From the NCBI GenBank assembly GCA_017535325.1, contig JAFXUC010000089.1, positions 4,674 to 68,673 on the forward strand: a DNA stretch of 64,000 nucleotides. The letters are read 5' to 3'. Source of the DNA: Bacteroidales bacterium (GTDB lineage: Bacteria > Bacteroidota > Bacteroidia > Bacteroidales > UBA3824). The notes beneath the pieces were generated by a model. That model saw nothing but the letters and a program-made list of their open reading frames with translations. It ran no database searches and was not told where the DNA came from. Below are positions 33,801 to 45,800 of the stretch, piece by piece; the first letter of the stretch is position 1, and every line of letters begins with the position of its first letter. The position numbers were made by a program, and so were the translations under genes.

Positions 33801-36800
33801 ACCGTCGTCAGATTTCCACTCGCCCCAAGCGGTCTTACCGTTGAGAACAATATGGTTGTCTGCTTCAAGTGTGTAATCACCGTCGCAAGTGTAATCGCTT
33901 GCAGCAATCTTAGTACCGAGGTTAACGGTATTGTTAACAATTCTAACCGTAGTAGCATCGGTACATTCTTCATGACCTGCACGGAAAATAGTCCATGTAA
34001 ATTCGTTGAGGTCATCACTGAACTTATTAATTGTAACGGTTTCGGTATTCTGTGCACTACCGTATGTTACGCCCTTGTCAGCAGTCCATTTACCTTCAAG
34101 ACCGAGAGCAAGAGTAGCGGCTTTGAGGTCAAATGTTCTCTCACCGTTATAACACCACTCGGTCATATCTTTTGTATTAATAACTGCAACGCCGGGTTTG
34201 AGGTTGTCAATAACGTGCGGAGCAGATGCCGTGTAGCATTTCTCACCGTCAATGTTATGAATTGTCCAAACGATGGTATTATTACCAAGTTGTAAATTCT
34301 TAACCGTCGTGTTCGGGTTAGTAGCATCTTCAAACTCAACATCTGATGAAGAAGTACATGTCCAAACTCCTGTGTAACCTGATTTGGGGATAGTACCAGA
34401 AACCTCAGTTTCAAATGCACAAACCGCAGACTCAGCAGTGATTTCAGGAACGAACTTGTTGTAAACAGCCGTTACTTCGTCAGTCTTAGAACATTTCAAA
34501 CCGTTTTCTTCGTATGTTACCGTCCAAACCAAAACGGCTGATTTGTTTTGTTCGCTTAATGCGTTAAATGTATAAACTGCGTTGTTAATATTAGTTGCGC
34601 CTGTAAACTGACCCGGATCAGTATCCACTTTCTTAGACCAACCGTAAGTTGTATTTGCAGCCGTAACTTCTCTTGCAGCCAATGTAATGTTATTGTCATC
34701 GCAAGCGTAGTATACTTTACGACCGCCGTTAGCCTCAGGCTGAATGTTGTTCAACGTTACATAATCGGTTGAAGGACAACCGTTACGTGTCTCAGTCCAA
34801 GTGAAGGTAGCGTTCTTCAAACCGCCCAAGTTAACTTCAACAGAAGAGTTGGTGCTTGCACCTACTATCAAACCTGCGGGTTTTGAAGTCCATTCGCCGG
34901 TGCCTTCAAGACGGGTTGCGTTGATTATAGCCTCGTCACCGCAAATAGCACGTTTCTTAGTCGTATTATCTGCTTTGTCGTCTGCGTCAACTACAAAACC
35001 GTTAGCCGAAATCTCAACGATGTCTGATGTTTCACAACCTTTGTGTCCGTGATAATCAGGAGATTTAACAGTCCACTTAAACTGATATGCACCGCTTGTG
35101 GTCATACCCGTTACCTTGGTTATATAATTGTTAGAATCGTCGAACAGAACGTCCTTGCCCTCGCAAGACCATGAACCTGTCCAGTCAGACTGTTCATAGT
35201 ATACAGCGTTAAGTGATTCGTATTCTGTTGTACAAGTTATATCGTCAGTACCTGCGTTTGCAGTAACCATACCGTTCTTAACGGTGATACTTGCAGTTGA
35301 AATAGCGCAGTTAGCAGCCTGAACATACCATGTAAACTTGGTTTCACCGTAAGGCAAGCCTGTTACTACGATTGAATTTTCGGTAGACTTGTTGTCCCAG
35401 CCGCCTTCAATATCAACACCACGGTCTCTGTTGGTGATTTCCCACCAGCCTTTTGCACCGTATTCCTTAGCAACGTCGTTTGCATCTACTTGCAAACTGT
35501 TCTTGTTGCAAAGGAGTTGGTAATCCGCAGTGTAGATTTTTGCTTCGTAGTACATATTCTTAACGGTCAACGTCTTAGATGATGAACACTTGCCGCCTTT
35601 ACCGTCTTCACGTGATATTGTCCAAGTAAAATCTGCCTCTTTGTTCTTGCCGAGGTTGGTTACTGTAATATCTTCGTCTGTAGCGGCTGAGTTAACAAAC
35701 TCAACACCGTCAGGAATTGTCCATCTGCCTTCGCCTGTACCGTCAGGTGATGTACCTGAGAGACTTATCGTGCTACCACAAGCAATCTTAGTACCGTTGT
35801 AGTCTGATACGCCTGAGGTAAACGATGCTGTTGCCTCTTTAACCTGATTGTTTGTAATAACTACGTCTCTTGAATCAGAACATTTATCGTCAATGCCGTC
35901 GCCGTACTGATAAGAAACTGTCCAAGTAAACTTCGTCGGGGTCAACTTATTCAAGTTAGAAACTACCGCGTTCTTATTTGTCTTATCACTAATAGTTACT
36001 ACCTGATCCCATGACCATTCGCCGGAGAGATTGTCTGAAGGCAAACCGTCGGGGAATGAACCTTGTAACGTATATGTACCGTCGCAGTCTGCAAAGGCAT
36101 TCTGTCCTGCCTTAAAGTCAAACTCGTAGTTCGTTACTGTAAACGGTATTTCTGTCTTACAAGTATGGTTGTGAGCCGTATGGTTCAATGTCCACTTGAA
36201 GTTTGCAGTAGCACCTTTCGCAATATTGTAGAATGTAGCAACAGGACCTGCTGATGTTTGTACATTCTCGTTGGTGTTATTAGTGAAACTACCCTTTGTA
36301 GCAGACGTAGACCATTCGCCGGTGAGGTTGGTACCAAGGTCGTTGGTGGTTCTCATCGTGATGTTGCCGGTACATGTTGCAGAGGCAACGTCAATGCTCG
36401 GTGTTACGTTGTCATTGTAAACCATGATTTCGTCAGACGCCGTACAAATGTTGGGTGATGTACCGCGCTCTACCTGCCAAATCAAACGGGTTACATTGTC
36501 AGTAAGGCCAGTCAAGGTAATCTTGCTGTCGGTTGAGTAAACCTCTCCATTAACGTTGTACCATTTTCCGATTGCACCCACAGGTTTGTTCGGGGTGATT
36601 GTTACCGTAGTACCGCAGACACCGATAACATTGTTGTTGTTAACAACGCCTTCTGTCTTGCCGTTAACAGTAGCAGATGATACCGCCTTAACACTTAATA
36701 AGTCTACGTTTACAAGTACTGATGCAGATTTTTCACATACGTTTTCTGCACCTCTTGCAACAGTCCAGATAAACTCGTACTGACCTTTCTCGGTAAGACC

Positions 36801-39800
36801 GTTGACAGTAGTCTTATAATTGTCCGGACTGCCGAATGTTACGCCGCTAACAGGCGAGGTCTTAATACTCCACTTTCCGTGAGCGTCCTCTCCGTAAACT
36901 GAAATCGGTTTAGCCTCCAAGTCTGCACTGCTGCCGCAAGTGTAAACTACGCTTTCAACCATTTCGGCTTTTACGAAGTTGTTGGTAACGGTTATATCCT
37001 CGCTCTTAGAGCATCCGCCCTTATGAACAGTCCAAGTGAACTTCTCAGATGTATTAGCCTTGATACCGGCTACGTCTACTCTGAAAGAAGAAGACTGTTC
37101 ACCGATGGCAACCGTACCGCTTTCATTTACCCATTCGCCCCAAGCGGTCTCGCCGTTGAGTGCCTTGTGGTCGTCGGCTTCGAGTCTGTAAGCACCGTTT
37201 TCTTCACAAGTTGATGCTGCAACAGGTATCTCGTTGCCAAGGTTAACGGTGTTGTTGGTAATAGTAATCGTTGCAGATTCACTACACCAATCTTTCTCAC
37301 CGTTACGGGCAATTGTCCAAGTAAATACGTTTTCGCCGTTTTCAAGAAGCGCGCCCTGCTGATTAATAGAAATTTCAAGCGCGTTGGCATCATAAACGTT
37401 CTTGTTCAAAATACCTCTGTTATCCGTCCAAGTACCGCTGACATTTTCGTTATGAGAAGCCACTGCGGTAAGGATTACCGACTTGTCGCAACTTTCGTCG
37501 TTAACGAGGTTGCTTGATATTTCAGGTACACCCGGATAAACATTTTGAATTATCTTAGAGGTTGTATTTTCAACACATCTTTCATTTCCGTCCTTATTCA
37601 ATACAGTCCATTTTACACTGTTGTTAATGTAAGCCAAACCGCTGATTGTAACCTCGGAATTATGAATTTCGTTTTCATCAATAATATTGCCGGTTCTCTG
37701 GATAGTCCATGTGCCGGTAAAGCCTGAGGTCGGGATAGTACCCTTTATCTTAGCCTCTGAACCGCAAACCTTGGGAGCGTGGGGTTCGTTGACAGTAATC
37801 TCAGGAGTGAACTTATTGTTAATAACGGTTACTTCCTTAGATGCGGAGCAGTTTTCCGTATTGGTAAGAGTCCACAACAGTTTTACCTTGCGCAACTCAG
37901 GATTGGTTTCCTTGCTGTTGTTTGCGTTGAAAGTAAATTTGCCGTTTTCAAATACACCCGGCCATGAACCTTCTGCCAAAGACCATTCACCTCTGCATCC
38001 ATCAGGTACAGCAGGTTTGTTAACTTCCGTATCAAAGGTGCCGTCGCATGTGTAGAACACATTCTGAACTACTACCTCAGGTGCTTTGTTAACAATAGTA
38101 ATATCATCTGATTTCTTACAGCCTTTGTAATCATCGTGCCATACCAATATAGCCTCTTTGAGAGTACCGAGGTTGAATCTCAATGAATTAGAAGTCAAAT
38201 CGGTTGTGTAAGTAACACCCGAAGGAATCTCCCAATATCCTGATACGCCCGGCTCTTGTGCCTCGCTTGCTGTGATTACACCCTCAGATTCGCAAACCGA
38301 ATGGGTCTTTTCTGTTGTGCTGATGTCAGCATCCACAGTATAACCGTAAGACTGAACATATACATTCTGTACTGCCGCACAACCCTTTGAAGGATCTGAC
38401 ACACGGGTCGGAGACTCCAACGTCCATGTAAACTTATACTGTCCGTTTTTGAGACCTGATACCGTTGTCTCATTAGCCTTGCTGTCAGCGATATTAGCGT
38501 CAACAGTCTCTTTGTCATCACCGCTTACGCAGTCCCAATGACCTACTGCCTGCCATGATGCTGTCGGTATGTCTGTTTCAAGACTGTAAGTGCCGTTGCA
38601 AGTATAGGCATCGGTAATATCAGCGGCTACTTTTACAGACTCGTTGGTAATAACAACCTTGTCTGTCTCTTCGTCGCAGTTGCCGCCCTTAACGTGCCAT
38701 GTAAACTCTACCTGTCCGTAAGGCAAGTTGTAAGCGTTGATCTTATAAGACTTAGATGATGTAGCAGTAGTTGTGGATACATCGCCGAAATATACATTCG
38801 GTTTGTCGGCTGTCCACCAGCCTTCCGCATTGTATCCGGTTACAACATCAGTAGCGGTAAGACCTTCAAAGTAGTTCTTACAGATTACCTGTTCTTTTGT
38901 TGTAACAGTAGCAACATAACTCATATTGCTGATAGTTACAACATCACTTTCCTTATGGCAGACAACATCGCCGTTTTGGTCTTTCTGCTCAATTACCCAA
39001 ACAAACGTTGCGTTGGAGTTCTGCGGCAAGTTATTAAACGTCAAGTTAGCGTCCGTAGATGCCTTTGTGCCTTCAAATCCAAGTGTGTTAGGCGTATATT
39101 TCCAATAGCCCTCGCCAATAACAGGAGTATTGGCATCCATCTGAATCTTCGGAGAACATACTGACTGAGACTGTGTATAAATTACGGGCTCGTCAACATC
39201 GTTGCTGTAAATTACAACATCGTCAGATTTTTCACAACCCTTGTAAACAACTGTCCATGTAAGAGTGTTACCGTCAACTGCATTGCTCAAACCGCTTACC
39301 GTAGTGGTAGGATCGTTTGCATTTGCAAATGTCGGAGTACCGCTCCATGTACCGGTTGCACCCTCAGGCATAAAGCCGTGGAGTTTGTATGACCTGCTGC
39401 ATCTGTCAGCCGTAGCGTCATTGCCGGCACCGAATACGTAGTCGTTGTTTCTAACTGTTACTACATAATCGTCAGAGGGACATTCTGTAATATTGTGGTT
39501 CTGACCGTCGGTTACGGTTACATTCTTAACTGTATAATTCCAGTGGAATTTAACCTCCGCACCCTTGGTTGCGATGTGGTAGGTTACCGACATACCCGTT
39601 GCGGTAGATTCGGTTGCAGTAGAACTGAACGAACCGGCAGCGTTTGTAGACCAGATACCGATATGGTCGTCATCCAATGTATTGTTAGTATTAAGGGTAA
39701 TCAGAGAGTTACATGTTGTCGGATCTGCCGAAGCAACTGCTTGGAGTTTCTCGTTAACAATCTTAATTTCATCAGCGTCCTCGCAAGAGCCGTCGTTGCG

Positions 39801-42800
39801 TCTTACAGTCCATTTGAGGGTGATGCCCTCGTTAGGAATGTTTCTAACCGTAGCCGTCGGGCTGTGGCTGTCAGATGCTGCGATATATGTCTCAGCCGAT
39901 GAACCGTCTGACAATGTCCATGTGCCGGTAGAGTTGGACTGGGTGTTAGCCAACATCTGGAACTCAGGTCCGCAGACACTGATTTGTGCCTTGTTGTCAG
40001 AAGCATTCTCCTTGCCTCTGAATCTCGTATCGGCAACGGCTGTAACAGTGTTGTTGTTGACAATTACAGTTCTCGTATCGTGGCAGATGCCGCCGTCGGT
40101 ATAACCGTCTTCACCGGCAATACCGGCAACCTTTCTGTAAACAGTCCAAGTATATTTATATTCACCGTTCTTGGTCAAACCTTCAACAACCGTTACGTTG
40201 TTGTCAGAGTTCTTAATTGCAGTAGCAACCGGGTTCTTATCATCAGCCTCCCATCTTCCGAATACGTCGGTACCTACCGTGCCGTATGAAGAAAGGGTTT
40301 CGGCTCTAAGTGTTGCCTTGTTAAAATCCTGTTTGCAAACCGGCTCAACCTCATAAACAACAGGAGTTACCTCGTAGTTGGTAATTGTAATCTCCTTGCT
40401 TTCAGAACATCTGCCTTTGAAAACAGTCCAAGTAAACTTCTCACCTGACTTAGGCGGCAAACCGGATACTTTTGCCTCATTGTAACTTGTAGACTTGTCG
40501 ATTACAAGTGATGAGTTTTCAGCAGTCCATTCGCCTCTCATAATGCCTGAGTTAGAGTTGTCGGCTTTATAGTTTGAAGCGATAAGTTCGGCAGTGCCGT
40601 CGCAGGTATATTCGCTGCTTGTGATACCCTCGCCCATGTCAATTGTGTTGTTTACGAGTTTTGTAGTAGCCTCGGAAATACAATTTTCATGACCGTCGCG
40701 GTATACTGTCCAAGTAAACCTGATTTCGTCGTTTGCAAGACTTGTAAAGGTAATCTCAGCCTCGTCAGTAGCATTGTTTGCAACTGTGAACTCTTTGTTG
40801 GCAGTCCATTTGCCTTTTTCGTCGCCGGAGAGAGCCTTTGCTTTAAGTCCGATAACTTCGCCTTCTTTACCGCAATACTCCTGACCTTCGTGAGAAAGTA
40901 TCTTAGCGTATGAAGGCATAATGTTCATCAAAGTGGTAGTAGCATAGTTCTCTTTGCAAACCTTGCCGTTGGTGTTGATGATTGTCCATACAACACGTGC
41001 GGTTTCGCCCGGAATCAGACCTTTAACCTTGGTATCGGCATTGGTCTTATCCTCGAAAGTTACATTGCCGGAAGAAATGTATGACCATTCGCCGGTGTGA
41101 GCAAAGTTCGGTTCAGTACCCAAAATAGTGGTATCCGTTCCGCAGACATTTTTCTCAACGGTGATAGCCGGAGTAAACTTCTGGTTAACCAAAGTAATGT
41201 CTGCATGGTTAGAACATTCACCGTCAGCAGTAGTTACAGTCCAGCGGAGTTTTACTGAAAGGTCTTCGTCGGTTGCAGCAAACTTAAATACTGCGTTAGA
41301 CTTAGCAGCGTCTCCTACGAAATTACCTGCTGCATCCGGGTCAACTTTTGACCAAACGCCCTGATTGCCGTTCAAATCGCCAGCCTGCATTGTAACGGTA
41401 TTATCACCGTCGTTACATGTATAGAGAACCTTAGGTCCGGGATTTACATTGGGAGCATTGTTAACAACGTCTACGTAATCAGAGTTATGACAAGTTGTAG
41501 AACGTGTTTCTGTCCAAGTAAATCTTGCAGACTTGTTGTCTTTAAGGTCAAACTTCAAGTTGTAATCCGAAACATCTGACAAGATTTCAACCGTAGAGGG
41601 TGATACTGTCCACTCACCGGTACCGACAGGTTTCTGTGCGCTGATACCGTCAGAAGGTTTAGCCTCGCAGAAGACATGTGTCTTGTTAGCGGGTTTGGTA
41701 ACATCGGCAACAACCTCAAAACCACTTACGTGGATTGTTACAACGGGAGACTCTTTCATACAACCCTGAGCACCGTTTGTCTTAACATAAGTCGGAGATT
41801 TAAGTGTCCATACGAAAGAGTAATCACCTGTTACCAAATTACGAACCGTAGTTTCGTAATTATTAGAATTGTCGTATGTGAGATTTTCCTTAGAAACTCC
41901 GTTCGTGCAAGTCCATTCACCAGTCAAATCGCTGAAAGGCAAGTCGGCTTTGAGTTCTGCCTCATCCGAACATGTCCAGCCTTCGGGAGTTACAGTTGCG
42001 TCAAATTTCTCACTCTTAATTGTAATTTCGGCTGTTTCCTCACCCGGACAGTTGCCTTTAACATGCCATACGAAGTAATTGTCTCCGTATTTCAAGTTCT
42101 TAAAGGTAATCTTGCGTGAAGATATGCCCAAACTTTCAACCGCTGCGGTGTAAGTTACACCTTCGGGATATGTCCAATAACCGTCAGCACCGTAAATTGC
42201 TTTTACGTCGTTTGCTGTAAGTTCGATATAATCCTCGCAGACAACTGTCTTTGTAGGAGTATTAATAACAGCGGAAATAGTGTTGTTGACAACATTAGAA
42301 ACGCTGGACTCAGACTTACAAAGCACGTTGCCGGCATTGTCTTTTCTTTCGATAATCCACTGGAACTTAGCAATGCCGTTGTCAGGCAAGCCGGTAACAG
42401 TAATATCATTTGTAGTAGAATTACCGCTTACAAAGGTCAAATCTTCCGGAGAAATCTTCCAGTGACCTTCACCCTGTGCAGGAGCATTTGCAGAGATTGC
42501 CACGTTCTTATCACAGGTAGAAGCAGGAATGCTTGTAATCTTAGCCTCGTCAACGCTGTTGTTGACAATAACCATCTGGTCGGTCTTAGAACAGCCCTTA
42601 TATGTAACGTGCCATGTAAGAGTATTCTCAGCCGAATTGCTCAAATTATAAACCGTAGCGGTCGGCAATGACTTGTCGCTGTAAGTAACCGCTGACTGGT
42701 CTGCACTCCAATAATGTTCTGTCAACTCAGGATCGTTAATATCGCAAGGCAACGTACCTGAGAGAGCAAGCGTATTTGTACAGTTCGTTACTCTGTCAGC

Positions 42801-45800
42801 ACCGGCGGTAAATACGAAATCGTTGTTCTGAACCTCAATCGGAAGTTCATCTGATACACATTCGCCGTCACGAACCTTGTTGATAACTTTCCAGTAGAAA
42901 GTAGCCGTTGCACCCGGAGTAATGCCGGAGAAGGTTACTGTCTGGTTGGTAGTGCCGTTGGCAACAACAGTCTTAACACCGTCAGCCGTATTAGCAGTGA
43001 ACGAACCGACAGCAGTTGTTCTCCATACGCCCGTCAAATTCTCGGTCAAGCCGTTGGTTGTAGTAAGTTCTGCAACACCGTTGCAAACTTTTACAGCCTT
43101 GGCATTAGCCTTGGGCGTAATCATATCGTTGTAAATAGTTGTCTCGTCGGAACTTTCACATTTTTTGGTTGTAACATTACCGTTTGCATCTTTAATGTGG
43201 TTATCAAGTGTCCAACGCAAGGTTACACCCTCGTTAGGAACATTTGAAACCATTGCAGTAGCGTTGTGAATATCACTTTGAGCAATGATTACAGAAGAGT
43301 TCTGCGTTACAATCTCCCATGTGCCGACTGCACCGTCCTGAGAGTTGGCACGCAATGCAATCTCGCTTGAACATTCGCTGCGTGAAACGCCGCCTCTGCC
43401 AAGTTTGGAGTCTGCAATTGCGGTAAGCATTGCATTAGTGATGATAATCTCGTCTTTGTTATGACAGATACCCTCTGTATAACCGTCTTCAACCCAGTCA
43501 GTTTCATGACCTTTTACTTTGCGGTAAACGTTCCATGAGAACTTGTAATCACCGGTAGCCTCTTTGTCAAAAGCGACGGTTGTAGAATAAGCATCCGAAT
43601 TGTCAATATGAATTTCAGATTCGCTGATTTTGGTATCAGGCCATTTTTCCAACTTCCAGAATCCGTAAGCGTCTTCTTCTGCCGCCGATTTGGTCTTAAT
43701 GTTTTCAGCAACAAGAGCAACGTCCTCGACATCGCACGCAAAACGGTCTGTAAGCGTTCTGTCAATTACGGGTTTAACCTCGTAGTTGGTAATAGTTATG
43801 CTGAGTTTCTCAGATTCGCAAATCTTCTTGTCGCCCTTGAATACCTGCCATGTAAATTTAACAGGTTCAATAGCCGAGATGCCTTTAACGTCAGCAACGT
43901 AACTGTCGGTAGCATCGTTTACAAACTCAACCGAAGAAGAAGGAATCCAAGTCCATTTGCCCCAAGTTGTGCCGGTGTTTACATTGCTGTTGTTTGAAGC
44001 AACCAAGTGATATGTGCCGTCGCAAGTATAATCTGTTGCTTTGAGCGGCTCACCTGCTTTTACGTGGTTGTTGACAATAGTAATCTCAGCCGGAGCAGAC
44101 GCACAGTCGTCCTTATGACCTTCACGGTAAATTGTCCATGTGAAGTAGTTGTTGTCAACATCGAGGTTGTCAACCGTTACTTGAAGCGCGTCGCTTGCAG
44201 CCAAAGTTGCCGAAGTTTTGAACTCTGCGTTGCCGAGAGTAGCCCACTCTCCTATTACACCCTCGTCAACAGGCGCAGCGTAAAGGATAAAGCCGTCAGC
44301 CGAACAAGTCTCCAATTCGGTATTCGTAATGCGCGGAGTACCGGGCAAGAGATTGTCAATTTCAATTTCGTCAAAGTTGGCGTCGCATTTCTTGCCTTCT
44401 TTGTTGAGAACAGTCCAACGTATTTTGTTAATACCGCGTTTCATGCCTCTGATGTCAGTTGCAGACGAAGTAGCATCGTCAAAACTGTCAGCAGTCTGAC
44501 AAGACCACATACCGGTAAAGCCTTTTTCAGGTATAGTACCGATTAAGCCTACGTGGTCGGCACAAATCTCGCGGCTCAATACGTTCGGAGACTGAATTGC
44601 GGGTTTGTAACCGTTGTTGATTACCAAGGCTTCTGCGCGTGCAGAGCATGTCGTAATAGTCTTGTCGGTTACCACCCAGTTAAGTTTCAAGGTCGAAGTG
44701 TTGGGTATGTTGGTAATTCTTGCATTCGAGAGCGTGCTTTCCGTTACAAAATCACATGAGCCGCTTACGATTTCCCACTTCGTATCGTAACCCGTAGCCT
44801 CTGTTGCGGCAAGGGTAATTTCTTCGTCTTTGTCGCAGACATACTGCGTTGCAATATTGCCGGTTGAAGGTATGCGGTTGCGGAGCGTTACCTTGCCGTA
44901 TGCAGTACATGAATTTTCTATCGTCCATGTCAATACGACAGGCGTGCCGGGAACAATGCCGCCGATTTCAACCTGATTGTCGGTTGTACCGATAATCTGT
45001 GCTGCCGAACCTGCGGGCAACGACCATTCGCCCTTAGAACCTTCGTTAAGAGCCGTACCGGTGATAATGATAGTCTCACCCTTGTCAAGACAAACGTCAT
45101 GAGCCCAGACTGCATCCTCACCCGTGCCTTCCAACACAGCCGAGTTGTCAGCCTTAACTTCAAAACCGTTTACGTTGATTGTAACCTCTCTGCCGTCCTG
45201 ATAACCGTCGCGGCAAACAGGCAGACCGTTGACTTTCGTATTAGACTCAACAATCCATTTGAAAGTATACATACCTTTCTTCAAGTTCTGAACCTGAGCG
45301 TATGCGTTGGAGTTGTCGTTGTTACGCCAAACGACAGAGTTTTCGTCTCCGGCGGGTGCGCCTGAAATGTATTTCCAGTAACCAGTACCGTTGGTCGGGG
45401 TTACAGCCTGGAAATCGTATGTGGTACCGCAGGCAACATCACTGGTCTTGCCGGGATTAGAAACAACTGCGTTGTTGTTGATTTCAGCCGTTACAGTCTT
45501 TTCCTCGCAGTTTGCACTCTTAACATGCCATACAAATTTGGTCAAGCCGGCTTTCAAATCCGTTACTTTGTATACGGGATCATCAGACAAATGAACGTCG
45601 CTGTTTTCAACAGTCCAATAGCCCGCTATACCCCAGACTTCTTTTGAATCTTCGGCTTGAAGCGTATATTCAGTTCCGCAGACATAATCCCTGCCGAGAG
45701 CCGGATTAGCACTTTCGGGAGTCGGATGGATAAGTTTTGCATCATACGAGTTGTTCATTACGGTTACGTTGTCGGTTGAAGAACAAACGCCGTTGCCGTT

